Assembly (NCBI GenBank): GCA_037142615.1
Contig: JBAXAI010000013.1
Coordinates: forward strand, 1 to 64,000
Direction of reading: 5' to 3'
DNA length: 64,000 nt
Origin: Spirochaetales bacterium
GTDB lineage: Bacteria; Spirochaetota; Spirochaetia; JABEVK01
Numbering within the stretch: position 1 is the stretch's first letter; each line of letters starts with the position of its first letter. The notes beneath the pieces were generated by a model that saw nothing but the letters and a program-made list of their open reading frames with translations, was not told the origin of the DNA and searched no databases. A program made the translations under genes and the position numbers. Shown here one piece after another: positions 9,318-20,541 of this stretch.

Positions 9318-10342
9318 GGTTTGAGCTCCGCAGTTCGCAATGAGACCGGGCCCTCAACGCGGTTACGGCCGTTTTCTTTGGCGCGGTACAGGGCTTCATC
9401 GGCCACTTTGAGCGAAGTGTCCCAGCTCTCACCCGGTTGTTTGACGGTGACGCCCACCGAGACCGTCATCCCCTTGCGTCCTGGCAGTTCCCAATGCGCG
9501 GCTTCCAGGGCCGCACGCATCTTGTTGGCGGCGGCCAGTGAGCCTTCCAACTCGGTTTCGGGGAACACCAGCAGGAACTCCTCGCCCCCCCAACGGGCCA
9601 GAATATCGCCTTTTCGCAGGTTGTTGGCGAGAATCTCGGCCGCGGTTTTGAGCACCGTGTCGCCCACATCATGACCCAGGGTGTCGTTGACGCTCTTGAA
9701 CTTGTCGAGGTCCATGATGGCTACCCCGATGGTACGTTTTTGCCGGTTGGACCGCTCGGCCTCGTAGTCCATGAGGTCCCAAGCCTTGCGTCGGTTCCAC
9801 AGGCCGGTCAGCGTGTCTTTGTGCGCCCAGTCGGCCAGCGTTCTGTTGGCCTCAGAAAGCGCCTGCTGGCTCTGCATCAGCTCGGCTTCGGTCTTCATGG
9901 CCTTGAGAATCTGAAGGTTCAGTTCGTTGGCAAAGGTCTCCATCTTGCGCTGCAGCGTGCGGAGTTTGAGTTGCGCCTTGACGCGGTAGATCAGCTCGGG
10001 CCCGTGGAAAGGCTTGGTGAGGAAGTCGACCGCCCCCGCCTCAAAGGCCTTGAGCAAGGTCTCCTTTCCAATCATCGACGTGAGGATGAGGACAGGAACG
10101 TCCTTGTGATGAGGATCTTGGCGCGACAGCCGGCAGAGTTCCAGGCCATCGATCCCCGGCATCATGATGTCGAACAGCAGTAGGTCGTAATGGTTCTGCG
10201 ACATCAGCTCAAAGCCCTTGGTGCCGTCTTCCGCAAGGGTCATGTTGAGGTTGAGCGGACGAAGGAGTGTCTCGAGCAACTTGAGGTTGATGGGCTCGTC
10301 ATCGACCGCGAGCACCGAAAGGGAAATGTTCTCCTCATCCAT
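9314..10342 (-). CDS. Response-regulator diguanylate cyclase (REC + GGDEF)
   Basis: REC motifs AVDDEP, FDIMMPGIDG, FLTKPF; coiled-coil linker; DTLTGLWNRR, DLDKFKSVND, RKGD I-site and RWGGEEF. Confidence 0.95.
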   Translation of the reverse strand: MDEENISLSVLAVDDEPINLKLLETLLRPLNLNMTLAEDGTKGFELMSQNHYDLLLFDIMMPGIDGLELCRLSRQDPHHKDVPVLILTSMIGKETLLKAFEAGAVDFLTKPFHGPELIYRVKAQLKLRTLQRKMETFANELNLQILKAMKTEAELMQSQQALSEANRTLADWAHKDTLTGLWNRRKAWDLMDYEAERSNRQKRTIGVAIMDLDKFKSVNDTLGHDVGDTVLKTAAEILANNLRKGDILARWGGEEFLLVFPETELEGSLAAANKMRAALEAAHWELPGRKGMTVSVGVTVKQPGESWDTSLKVADEALYRAKENGRNRVEGPVSLRTAELKP

Positions 10343-10348
10343 GGCTCA

Positions 10349-10354
10349 ATTATA
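10349..10354 (-). promoter_or_regulatory. -10 box TATAAT, 6 nt before the diguanylate cyclase ATG (leaderless-type promoter)
   Basis: Minus strand reads TATAAT-tgagcc-ATG. No Shine-Dalgarno. Confidence 0.7.
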
Positions 10355-10431
10355 GCCACAACACGAGGGTTGGAAAGAGGGGGAGACCCCAGTTTGTGGG
10401 CGATCTGGGCCGTAAAGTGTATTGTTCTGTG

Positions 10432-11807
10432 ATGACCTACGTGCTCGATGCCCAGACACAAAGCGACCTTGATCTCGACGAGGTTGACCGCCGGTTTAAT
10501 CTCACGCTGACCAGCTTCGGGGAACAGGTGTTCCGCTCCCGCCTGATGACTCAGCCGGGCTTGGAGGTGGCCTCGGCGCGAATCGAGGAAATCCAGCGGT
10601 TGGCCGCCGACGAAACGCTGGCCCGACGGCTCGAGAAGGGCTTGGGGCGCCTGGGCAAACAGCGGCGTGGCGACGTGTTTCGTGACCTCGGCCAAGGGTT
10701 GCCGTACCAACCCGACTGGCTGAAGTGGCTGGGTTGGTGGTTCTGGTTGGGGCCGGCGGCAACGGGTGTGCTGGCGTTTTCGGCCGGTCCCTTGGCGCTG
10801 CTCGTCGTTTTGGCCTATTTGGTCGTCAACCTGGCGCTGTACTTGCTCACCAACCCCAAGATCGCCTCGTGGTCGGGCTCACTCAACTACCTTTCACGTG
10901 GCATCCTGCTGCTGAAAAGGCTCGGGAAGCTGAAACAGCCGGCCTTTGTGCGCCTCACGCGTTACAGCTTCCTTTTTCAAGACGGCATGGCCAGTTCGCT
11001 GACCCAGGACCTGATGTCGATGGTGCTCGACTACGTGAGGGTGTTTTTGGGGGCTGAACTTTACGCCTACGCCCGGGTTTCGAGCCTGTTTGGGGCCCAC
11101 GCCCAGGAGGTTCCCGAGCTTTTCGAGTGTCTGGGCGGTCTCGATGCCACCCTGGCCGTGGTCCGCTGGATGGAGCGGGACCCGGAGCTGACGCATCCGC
11201 TGTTCCACGCCCTGACAGAGGTGCAGTTTGCCGGGCTTCGGCACCCGCTGGTCGACGAAGGGGTTCCTCAGAGCGGTCGACTGACCCGAGGCGCCATCGT
11301 CACCGGAATGAACATGGCCGGCAAGTCGACTTTTCTGAAGAGCCTGGCCCTCAATCAGGTGTTGGCCACAACTCTCGGGGTTGTTTTTGCCAAGCGGTTT
11401 GTCACGGGCAATCTGACCGTACTGACCTCGCTGAACCTGCGCGACGATGTGGTCGCCGGCAAAAGCCGTTACTTTGTCGAGGCCGAACGGTTGCTCCAGA
11501 TTCAGCACGCCTTGGCCGAAAGGCCTCTGTTGTGCCTGGTCGACGAGATCCTGTCGGGGACCAACACCGACGACCGGATCACCGCGTCGTTGGGCTTGCT
11601 GCGCGAGTTTGGCCGTTACCCGGGTTCGCTGGTGCTTGCTGCCACGCATGATCTGGTGATCGCCGAGACCTTGGCCGGCGTTTACGACCCGTTATGCTTT
11701 GATGGGGACTGGGAAGAAGGCCGGCTGGTATTTGACTACCAGCCGCGCCCCGGTATTGCGTCGCGGCGCAATGCCCTCAAGTTGCTCGAAATGCTCGGGC
11801 TCAAGCT

Positions 11808-11811
<4 letters not shown>
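10432..11811 (+). CDS. MutS-related membrane-anchored ATPase (MutS domain V only)
   Basis: TGMNMAGKSTF, GKSRYFVE, VDEILSGTN, ATHD and two hydrophobic helices. No mismatch-binding domain. Start ATG 10432 is supported by TATTGT 6 nt upstream. Confidence 0.85.
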
Positions 11812-13097
<1,286 letters not shown>

Positions 13098-13120
13098 GGT
13101 TCGTCTCCTGGGTTGAACTT

Positions 13121-13177
13121 CTCTAACCAATCCGGTAGAGTAAGTCAACAATAGAGGCCCCCGCCGACGTTTGTCAA
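13121..13177 (-). promoter_or_regulatory. metY sigma70-type promoter with a downstream imperfect inverted repeat (candidate repressor box)
   Basis: Minus strand TTGACA (13177-13172), 18-nt spacer, TATTGT (13153-13148). Dyad CTCTA-N10-TAGAG at 13121-13140. Confidence 0.55.
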
Positions 13178-13236
13178 GCGGAGGGCTGGAAATTTCTGCT
13201 TCGTCCCGGTAAGGTGGCGAGCATCAAGGAGTTCTT

Positions 13237-14070
13237 ATGAAACGCTATATTCCCTTCGTCCTGGCGGGCTTACTCGCCTTGGGCCTCGTCTCGTGCGACA
13301 AACCGGCGGCTGCAACCGACACCGGCAAAGCCGCGGCAGGACTGCCCGACCTGAAAGGCCGTGTGCTCAAGGCCGTGACCGAAAACGCCTACACACCGCT
13401 CAATTTTGTCGATCCCAAAACCGGCAAGGCCGTAGGCTGGGAATACGACGCCGTCAACGAGATCGCCAAGCGCCTGAACGCCAAGGTCGAATGGTCGGTG
13501 ACCAGCTGGGACACCATGATCCAGGCCATCCGAGGCGGTCAGTTCGATGTGGGCATGGACGGCATCACCATCAACGACGAGCGCAAGAAGCAGGTCGACT
13601 TCAGCGACCCCTACATCCGCAGCGAGCAGTTCATGCTGGTGCGTGCCGACGAAAAGCGCTTCGCTGACGAAAAGGCCTTTGCAGCCGACAAGAAGTTGCT
13701 CGTCGGAGCTCAGGCCGGTACCACCAACTTCTACGTGGCCGTGTACAACGTGCTCGACGGTGACGAGAAGAACCCGCGCATCAAACTCTTCGAAACCTTC
13801 GGCGCGTCGGTGCAGGCCCTGCTGTCGGGCGATGTCGATACCGTGCTGCTCGACAAGGCCAGTTCGGCCGGGTACATCGGTGCCAATGCCGGCAAGCTCA
13901 AGCTCGTCGGCGGTCCGCTGGGCAACGATGAGTTTGGGTTCATCTTCACACCCAAGAGCGATCTGGTCGCGCCGTTCAACGCCGCCATCCAGGCGCTGAA
14001 AGCCGATGGAACCTTCGATATCCTCGACAAGAAGTGGTTCTTCGACTACTACGCGTCGGCCAACAAGTAA
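13237..14070 (+). CDS. Polar amino-acid ABC transporter substrate-binding lipoprotein (family 3)
   Basis: Lipobox LVSC; ENAYTPLNF, GWEYD, GITINDERKKQVDFSDPY, GAQAGTT; AAGGAG RBS. No permease adjacent. Confidence 0.92.
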   Translation: MKRYIPFVLAGLLALGLVSCDKPAAATDTGKAAAGLPDLKGRVLKAVTENAYTPLNFVDPKTGKAVGWEYDAVNEIAKRLNAKVEWSVTSWDTMIQAIRGGQFDVGMDGITINDERKKQVDFSDPYIRSEQFMLVRADEKRFADEKAFAADKKLLVGAQAGTTNFYVAVYNVLDGDEKNPRIKLFETFGASVQALLSGDVDTVLLDKASSAGYIGANAGKLKLVGGPLGNDEFGFIFTPKSDLVAPFNAAIQALKADGTFDILDKKWFFDYYASANK

Positions 14071-14145
14071 GTTTTCGTTGACAACGGGGGTTTTGCGTTC
14101 TTATATGGAGAAACAAACGCTGACGAAATCAGCAAGGAGTTTCCC

Positions 14146-15504
14146 ATGAGTTTGATGCGCAAAGCCCTCTTGTCCGACAAAGATCTCCCTACGAGCTGGT
14201 ACAACCTCGTCGCGGACCTCAAGAATCCGCCGCAGCCCATGTACCACCCCGCCACCGGCCAACCGGCCACGCCCGAGCAGATGTCAGTGCTGTTCCCCAT
14301 GGGAATCCTCCAGCAGGAAATGTCGGCCGAGCGCCACATCGAAATCCCCGAAGAAGTGCAAGACATTTTGAAACTGTGGAGGCCCAGTCCGCTGCAGCGT
14401 GCCGTGGCCCTCGAGAAGGCCCTCGACACCCCCGCCAAGATTTTCTACAAGTGGGAAGGCGTGTCGCCGGCGGGTAGCCACAAGGTGAATACCGCGGTTC
14501 CGCAGGCCTACTACAACAAAAAGGAAGGCACCAAGCGCATCGCCACCGAAACCGGGGCGGGGCAGTGGGGCTCGTCGCTCTCGTTGGCGGGCGCCATGTT
14601 TGGCATCGAAGTGAAAGTGTACATGGTCAAGGTGAGTTACGAACAGAAGCCCTACCGCCGCATGCTGATGGAAACCTGGGGTGGCAAAGTCGTGCCCAGC
14701 CCGTCAAACGACACCGAGGCGGGCCGTGCCGCGCTGAAGGCCAACCCCAACCACATGGGTTCGCTTGGCCTGGCCATCTCGGAGGCCGTGGAGGACGCAG
14801 CCAAGCGCGACGACACCAAGTACGCCTTGGGTTCGGTGCTCAACCACGTGTGTTTGCACCAGACCATCATCGGGCTCGAGACCCAGAAGCAGCTTGAGAT
14901 GTTCGGCGTCGAGGCCGATGTGGTGATTGCCTGTCACGGCGGTGGTTCCAACTTTGCGGGGCTGGCGTTTCCCTTCGTGGGCGCCAACCTGACCAAGGGC
15001 AAAAAGGTGCGTTGCATCGCGGTGGAGCCGTCCAGTTGCCCCACGCTCACCCGGGGTACCTATGCTTTCGACTTTGGCGACACCGCCGGCATGACGCCCA
15101 TCATGAAAATGTACACCCTGGGCCACGACTTCATGCCACCGGGCATTCACGCCGGAGGGCTTCGTTACCATGGGGCCTCGCCTTTGGTCAGCCAGTTGCT
15201 GCACGAAGGGCACATCGAGGCGCGGGCCGTGAACCAGTTGCCAAGCTTCGAGGCCGCCGTGCAGTTTGCCCGCACCGAGGGCTACTTGCCCGCGCCCGAA
15301 AGTTCGCACGCCATCCGGGCCGCCATCGACGAGGCGCTGGAATGCAAAAAGACCGGCCAAAGCAAGAACATCGTGTTCAACCTGTCGGGTCACGGCCATT
15401 TTGACCTCACCAGCTACGAGAAGTACTTCCAGGGCAACCTGCAGGACTATCCGCTGCCCGAGGCCGAGCTCAAGGCTTCGCTGAAGAATCTGCCGAAGGT
15501 CTGA
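14146..15504 (+). CDS. trpB2: TrpB-like PLP enzyme (tryptophan synthase beta chain 2)
   Basis: [56 protein letters not shown]. No trpA nearby. Confidence 0.93.
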   Translation: MSLMRKALLSDKDLPTSWYNLVADLKNPPQPMYHPATGQPATPEQMSVLFPMGILQQEMSAERHIEIPEEVQDILKLWRPSPLQRAVALEKALDTPAKIFYKWEGVSPAGSHKVNTAVPQAYYNKKEGTKRIATETGAGQWGSSLSLAGAMFGIEVKVYMVKVSYEQKPYRRMLMETWGGKVVPSPSNDTEAGRAALKANPNHMGSLGLAISEAVEDAAKRDDTKYALGSVLNHVCLHQTIIGLETQKQLEMFGVEADVVIACHGGGSNFAGLAFPFVGANLTKGKKVRCIAVEPSSCPTLTRGTYAFDFGDTAGMTPIMKMYTLGHDFMPPGIHAGGLRYHGASPLVSQLLHEGHIEARAVNQLPSFEAAVQFARTEGYLPAPESSHAIRAAIDEALECKKTGQSKNIVFNLSGHGHFDLTSYEKYFQGNLQDYPLPEAELKASLKNLPKV

Positions 15505-17843
15505 GGCGACGTATTTCTGCCACCCCGCTCGAAGGCTTCCTGGTTCATTGGTGGTCTTCGGGCGGGAGTTGGTCGAAAGACGCCCAAGTGAGGGCTTGCG
15601 GCCGACTCGCCGACGGGCGGAGTTTTGCCCTGCTGATGGCCTCACCGTCAGCGGACTACGTGGTCGCCTCGGGTCAAGTTGAGGCCGCCATTGCCGTGTT
15701 GCGCCACCACCACATCGACTTTGAGCCGCGAGCCCTGACGACGTTCGCGGGTCAACCGGCAGTCGGCTTTTCGCTCCACTATCAGAGTTGGCAGCGGGCG
15801 AGAGACCTGCTCGAAGGGGCCGGTCTTCCTTCGCTGGGGCCCGTGCCCCGCCCGGCCGACGACCTGCTCCTGCGGTGGCAGATCACCGGTGGCGTGAAGC
15901 TCACCGGCGCCTCGCGCCCCGGTAACCGGGTGGATACCGTGTTCCTGGAACCACGGCTGGAGCCCTCGCCCGTGACCCCCAGGCTGGTCTGGGCCTCGCT
16001 CGACATCGAAACCGCCCGCGACGGTACCGTGCGCGCCGTGGCGCTGACCCTCAATTCCGGCGCGGGTCAGGCGAACGCCCGCGAGCGCGTGCTGTTTCTC
16101 GGTGATTTTGCCTCCGAAAGAGCGCTGCTGGAAGCCACCAACGACTTGGTTCGCGAGTATGACCCCGACGTCATCACGGGCTGGAACGTGCTCGACTTTG
16201 ATTTGGCCCATCTGGCGGACCGCTACACTCTCTGGAAGCTGCCGTTCGCGTGGGGCCGCACCGACGAGAGCGTTCGGGTGCGCAAGAAGCCCGGCGGGCG
16301 TACCTCGGCCTTTGTCGCCGGTCGTCAGGTGGTCGATGCCATGCGGATCGCGCGAGGGTCGGGCACACGCTTCGAAGATCAAACCCTCGCTACCGTTGCC
16401 TCGCACGTTTTGGGACGCACCAAAACGGTCGAGCTCAAGGGCGAGGCGAAGCTGACCGAGTTGGACCGGCTGTTTGCCGACGAGCCCGCTGCGTTCTGTG
16501 ACTACTGCCTGGAGGACGCCCGTCTGGTGTTGGGGATTCTCGAGGTCACGGGCTTGGGAGAGCTGACGGTACGTCGAGCTTCGCTCACCGGGGTTTCCCT
16601 CGATCTGGCTTGGACCAGCATCCCCGTCTTCGAAAGGATCTATGGGATGGAACTGGCCCGCCGGGGTGTGCTCGCTCCGCCCGACGAAGGGCGTGACGTG
16701 TCGGGAGCCGCCGGAGGCATGGTGCTCGACGCCAAAGTCGGCCTGTTCAGCGACGTGGTGGTCTTCGACTTCCGCAGCCTCTACCCCTCGATCATCCGCA
16801 CCTTTGGTATTGATCCTTTGGGCTACGAACGGGCGGGTGACGACGCTCTCGTGGCGCCCAATGGAGCCCGGTTTTCGCGCGAGGCGGGCATCCTTCCCGC
16901 GCTGATCACCCGCTACTTTGCCGACAGGCAGGCCGCGCAGAGTCGGGGCGACGAAACGGCGAGCTACGTGTACAAAATCCTGATGAACTCCTTTTACGGG
17001 GTGCTGGGTTCAAGCGGTTGCCGGTATGGTCGCACCGCCTTGGCCGGGGCCATCACGGGCTTTGGTCGCCGTTGCCTGGAGTACACCCGCGACTGGTTTG
17101 AAGCACGCGAAATGCCTGTGCTGTATGGAGATACCGACTCTGTGTTTGTGCAGACCCGCCGCGACGCCGAGGCGTTGGCTGCCGACCTGACGCGTGACCT
17201 GGCTGCGCTGGTGAGCCAGGCGTGGAAGGTCGAGTCGTACCTGACCCTGCGCTGCGACAAGCGCTACCGGCGGTTCTTGATTCCTCCGATGCGGCACCTG
17301 GCCGGTGAAGAAGCGCGTGGCCGGGCCAAGGGCTACGCGGGCTGGGTGGAGCAACCCGAGGGCACGCTCGTCATCGACGTCAAGGGCATGGAGGCGGTGC
17401 GAAGCGACTGGACGCCCTTGGCCCGGCGGTTTCAGACGGAACTGCTCGAACGCCTATTTCGCGGTGAAGGCGCTGGCGAGGTGGGCCAATGGTGCGACGA
17501 GCTCTTGGGGCAACTGCGGCGGGGCGAACTGGACAGTGAACTCGTCTACCGCAAGATTTTGCGCCGCCCCGCCCAGGAATACACCGGCAACACGCCGCCG
17601 CAGGTGAAGGCCGCACGACTCTTGGGTTGGACCGACCAAAGGGGCTCCGTCGAGTATTGGATGACCGCGCAGGGCCCGTGGCCCCTCGCCTTGGCGGCTG
17701 CAGACCCCTCCAAGCCAACCCCAACGCTCGACTACGACCACTACCGCGAACACCAGTTGCGTCCCATCTGGGAAAGCTTGCTCGAGGCCGCCGGCTTTGA
17801 CCCCGGGCCAGTTTGGGGGCGTCAGATGGAATTGTTTGGGTGA
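15501..17843 (+). CDS. polB: DNA polymerase II (family B)
   Basis: Exonuclease motifs [19 protein letters not shown]; polymerase motifs [27 protein letters not shown]. First canonical start is GTG 15588, but the frame continues upstream through EGFLVH to ATT 15513 / CTG 15501. Confidence 0.92.
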   Translation: MRRRISATPLEGFLVHWWSSGGSWSKDAQVRACGRLADGRSFALLMASPSADYVVASGQVEAAIAVLRHHHIDFEPRALTTFAGQPAVGFSLHYQSWQRARDLLEGAGLPSLGPVPRPADDLLLRWQITGGVKLTGASRPGNRVDTVFLEPRLEPSPVTPRLVWASLDIETARDGTVRAVALTLNSGAGQANARERVLFLGDFASERALLEATNDLVREYDPDVITGWNVLDFDLAHLADRYTLWKLPFAWGRTDESVRVRKKPGGRTSAFVAGRQVVDAMRIARGSGTRFEDQTLATVASHVLGRTKTVELKGEAKLTELDRLFADEPAAFCDYCLEDARLVLGILEVTGLGELTVRRASLTGVSLDLAWTSIPVFERIYGMELARRGVLAPPDEGRDVSGAAGGMVLDAKVGLFSDVVVFDFRSLYPSIIRTFGIDPLGYERAGDDALVAPNGARFSREAGILPALITRYFADRQAAQSRGDETASYVYKILMNSFYGVLGSSGCRYGRTALAGAITGFGRRCLEYTRDWFEAREMPVLYGDTDSVFVQTRRDAEALAADLTRDLAALVSQAWKVESYLTLRCDKRYRRFLIPPMRHLAGEEARGRAKGYAGWVEQPEGTLVIDVKGMEAVRSDWTPLARRFQTELLERLFRGEGAGEVGQWCDELLGQLRRGELDSELVYRKILRRPAQEYTGNTPPQVKAARLLGWTDQRGSVEYWMTAQGPWPLALAAADPSKPTPTLDYDHYREHQLRPIWESLLEAAGFDPGPVWGRQMELFG

Positions 17844-17850
17844 GCCTGCG

Positions 17851-20541
17851 CTACGGCAAAACGCGGACGACGCGGTTGTTGCCCGTATCGGCAACGTAGA
17901 GGACGCCGTTGGGCGACAGCGCCACGGCCGCCGGGCCCAAGAGTGCTGGCCAAGGTGGCGAGTACGATGAAACCGCCACGCTTGAGGACCCTGCGGGCGA
18001 AAACCTGATAATCTGGTTGTTCCCCGCGTCGGCGACAAACACATTTCCGGTCGCATCGACTGCCAAGCCTCGCGGCGAGTTCAAGGTGGCCAGCGTGCCG
18101 TCCCCGTACCGGGCCAGGATGGCACCCGTGGCCGGATCGACCTTAAGCACGTAATGGTGCATCGTGTCGGACACGTACAAGGAACCGTCGGGCCCCAGCG
18201 CGAGGCCGAGGGCACCAGTGAGGTCGTACGGCACTCCGGCCAGGGTTGCGCCAATCGTCCTCACGACATCGCCTGGGATTTCCAGCTTGCGGATGTTCCC
18301 GGCTCCAGCGTCGAGCACGTACACGACTGCTTCGCCCGGAACCACGGCAATTCCCGACAGCGAGGTGAAGGTGGAATCGGACAGTTTGTTGTTGTAGGTG
18401 CCCGGAGCTCCGGTCCCTGCCAACATGAATCCGGAATAGACCTGAGTGGCGGTCACCGAGTAGAGGTCGGGTGTGTGAGACACCGGGTTGTCGGCGTAGG
18501 CGATGGCCGTGATCGCGTTGGAAAGGGTCGTCGTTCCCGATCCCGAGCGCCCTGCCGGGTCGCGCTGAACGATCTGGGTCGTCGCCTGGTCGTAGGTGTA
18601 GAGGAAGCCCTGGTTGTCGCTTGCCATCGCGATGGGCGTCACCGGAACCGGCGATTGCAAGGGCATCACGCTGACCCGGGCTGAGAGGGCCCCCCGCGCG
18701 AGGCGGAAGCCGAGCGACGAGGTAGCCTGTTCCGGAGAAGTGCTGGCCCGGGCTGCGACTCCAAAGTCGTTGGAGGTAGAACCCGAGTTCACAAACGAGC
18801 CGCCGCGGACGACGTGGTGTTGCGTATAATCCGGGCTGACATACCCCATCGGGTCGTAGCCGTCAAACTCAAGATCGGCCGTCATATAAGAAGTCTGCAA
18901 CCAGTCCTGCACCGCCTCAGAGGCATTCCCGCTCATATCGTAAAGGCCCAGGGGATTGGGAGCTTTGGTCCCCGTCAACTGGATCGTGGGATTGTGGTAC
19001 ACACCCACGAAATCGGCCGCCGCAGGCGAGTTGACCGAGGCACCGCTGGCAACGTCACCGTCTGCCCAAACAGCCCCGTTGATGTAGCGGCTGGCCCCCT
19101 CCCACTCCGCTTCGGTGGGCAGCCGATAGCCGTCGGCCCAAGGGCAAATCCAAGGGTTATCTTCTGAGCCTGCCGGGGAATAGGGAGGAAGCGGTCCGTA
19201 GGGCGGCGCTGCATTATAGGTCGGGTGAAAGGCCGCGCTGGTCCTGCTGGTGCGAAGCACCGAACCCAGGGAGTAAAGCGAATCGCCGTAATACACCGGT
19301 GTCAGGCCGCTATACTCGGAATAGGCATTGCACCACACAACCATGTCACGCCATGCGATGTTGACGACCGGCGAGCGTGGGGTGCCTCCCGAGCCTGGGT
19401 TTGCGAATACGTAGCCATGGACCTGACCCCACGTCAGCACGGCATCCCACAGCGCGTAGGGAACCTCCGTCGTGCCGATTGCGAACGATGAAAGCCCGGG
19501 CACGGTGTGCACCGTGTTGGCCAGCACGGACCAACCCACTGGCACATTGGTCAAGGCGGGCACCGAGGCCATGTTCACGAACCAAACTTCGGGGCTCCTG
19601 GCCGAGGCGCCCAGCGCGTTGATGGCGCGTACCGAACCGAGAAGGTACTGGCTTGAATTGTTCAACGTCAGGTTGTACACGTTCGTTCCTGAGCCTGTCG
19701 AAGCCTGGGCCACCACGGTGCTGCTCAGGCTGTCGAACAGCTCAAAACCGGTCTCGTTGTCGGAGTTGTCGCGCCAGGTGATCGAAAGCACGTTGCCGTG
19801 CAAGCTGTAGGCCACATCGCTGGGCGCCGCTGGCGCCTGGTTGAGGCTGGCTGCGCTCAGTGGGAGTGTTGCCTTGCTGTCCTGGCCGGGCCAAATCTGC
19901 ACCACTTCGCTGCGGTCGGGGTAGGTGACTGCAGGGTTGGCACCCCGTGCACCCACGGAGGTGTGAATGCGCAGCAGGTAGGAACCCGCAGGCCTTGTTC
20001 CCGCGAAGAGCAAACCGCCGGCCAAAAGGTCGGCCGCCGTGGCAGTGACATCCGCGGCCGGAGGTGTCACCGCCCCAGGCATGGGCTCGAGGGACGCGCT
20101 GAGGGTATCGAACTGGGTGCCCGGCCAATTCAGCGTCACCGAAAAGGTGCCGTTGCCCGTGCCGACCGGCGAAAAGACCACGGTCACGGGAGTCGGATAC
20201 CCTTGGTTGACCTGAATGTCCTGGGCGGGGGCGCTGGCCAACACCACGCTCTTCGCATCGAGCAGATCCACCGAGACAGTGGCATTGCCGGGATTGATCT
20301 GCGTCACGGGAGAAGTCAGATCGGGCACCGACACCGTTGTCTGGGCCCCATTCTGCACCAGCGTGATGCGGAAACTGGCGCCGGGAGGCAGGTTGGGTAG
20401 GATAGTCCTCGATTCCCGCTGCAGGTCGTGCAACACCAGCGAAGTTCCCGGCGTCGCGGGTACGCCGACGAAGCTCGGCGCGGGCAACGAGCAGGCGCCC
20501 ACGGTGAGAAAAAGAACTGCGAGCGACACGAATAGCTTCAT
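17851..20541 (-). CDS. Multidomain lipoprotein: FN3-like + FGE-sulfatase (SUMF1) + NHL-repeat propeller
   Basis: Lipobox VGAC; WRDNSDNETGF (FN3-like); GYRLPTEAEWE, NPLGLYDMSGN, RGGS, GFRLAR; NHL repeats LYVSDT, VFVADAGNN, LYVADTGNNRV. ATGA overlap with the upstream gene. Confidence 0.85.
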   Translation of the reverse strand: MKLFVSLAVLFLTVGACSLPAPSFVGVPATPGTSLVLHDLQRESRTILPNLPPGASFRITLVQNGAQTTVSVPDLTSPVTQINPGNATVSVDLLDAKSVVLASAPAQDIQVNQGYPTPVTVVFSPVGTGNGTFSVTLNWPGTQFDTLSASLEPMPGAVTPPAADVTATAADLLAGGLLFAGTRPAGSYLLRIHTSVGARGANPAVTYPDRSEVVQIWPGQDSKATLPLSAASLNQAPAAPSDVAYSLHGNVLSITWRDNSDNETGFELFDSLSSTVVAQASTGSGTNVYNLTLNNSSQYLLGSVRAINALGASARSPEVWFVNMASVPALTNVPVGWSVLANTVHTVPGLSSFAIGTTEVPYALWDAVLTWGQVHGYVFANPGSGGTPRSPVVNIAWRDMVVWCNAYSEYSGLTPVYYGDSLYSLGSVLRTSRTSAAFHPTYNAAPPYGPLPPYSPAGSEDNPWICPWADGYRLPTEAEWEGASRYINGAVWADGDVASGASVNSPAAADFVGVYHNPTIQLTGTKAPNPLGLYDMSGNASEAVQDWLQTSYMTADLEFDGYDPMGYVSPDYTQHHVVRGGSFVNSGSTSNDFGVAARASTSPEQATSSLGFRLARGALSARVSVMPLQSPVPVTPIAMASDNQGFLYTYDQATTQIVQRDPAGRSGSGTTTLSNAITAIAYADNPVSHTPDLYSVTATQVYSGFMLAGTGAPGTYNNKLSDSTFTSLSGIAVVPGEAVVYVLDAGAGNIRKLEIPGDVVRTIGATLAGVPYDLTGALGLALGPDGSLYVSDTMHHYVLKVDPATGAILARYGDGTLATLNSPRGLAVDATGNVFVADAGNNQIIRFSPAGSSSVAVSSYSPPWPALLGPAAVALSPNGVLYVADTGNNRVVRVLP

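Noticed and set aside
14078-14107. TTGACA promoter upstream of trpB2
   Set aside because: The -35 box is perfect, but no convincing TANNNT lies at 16-18 nt spacing, so it was not called.
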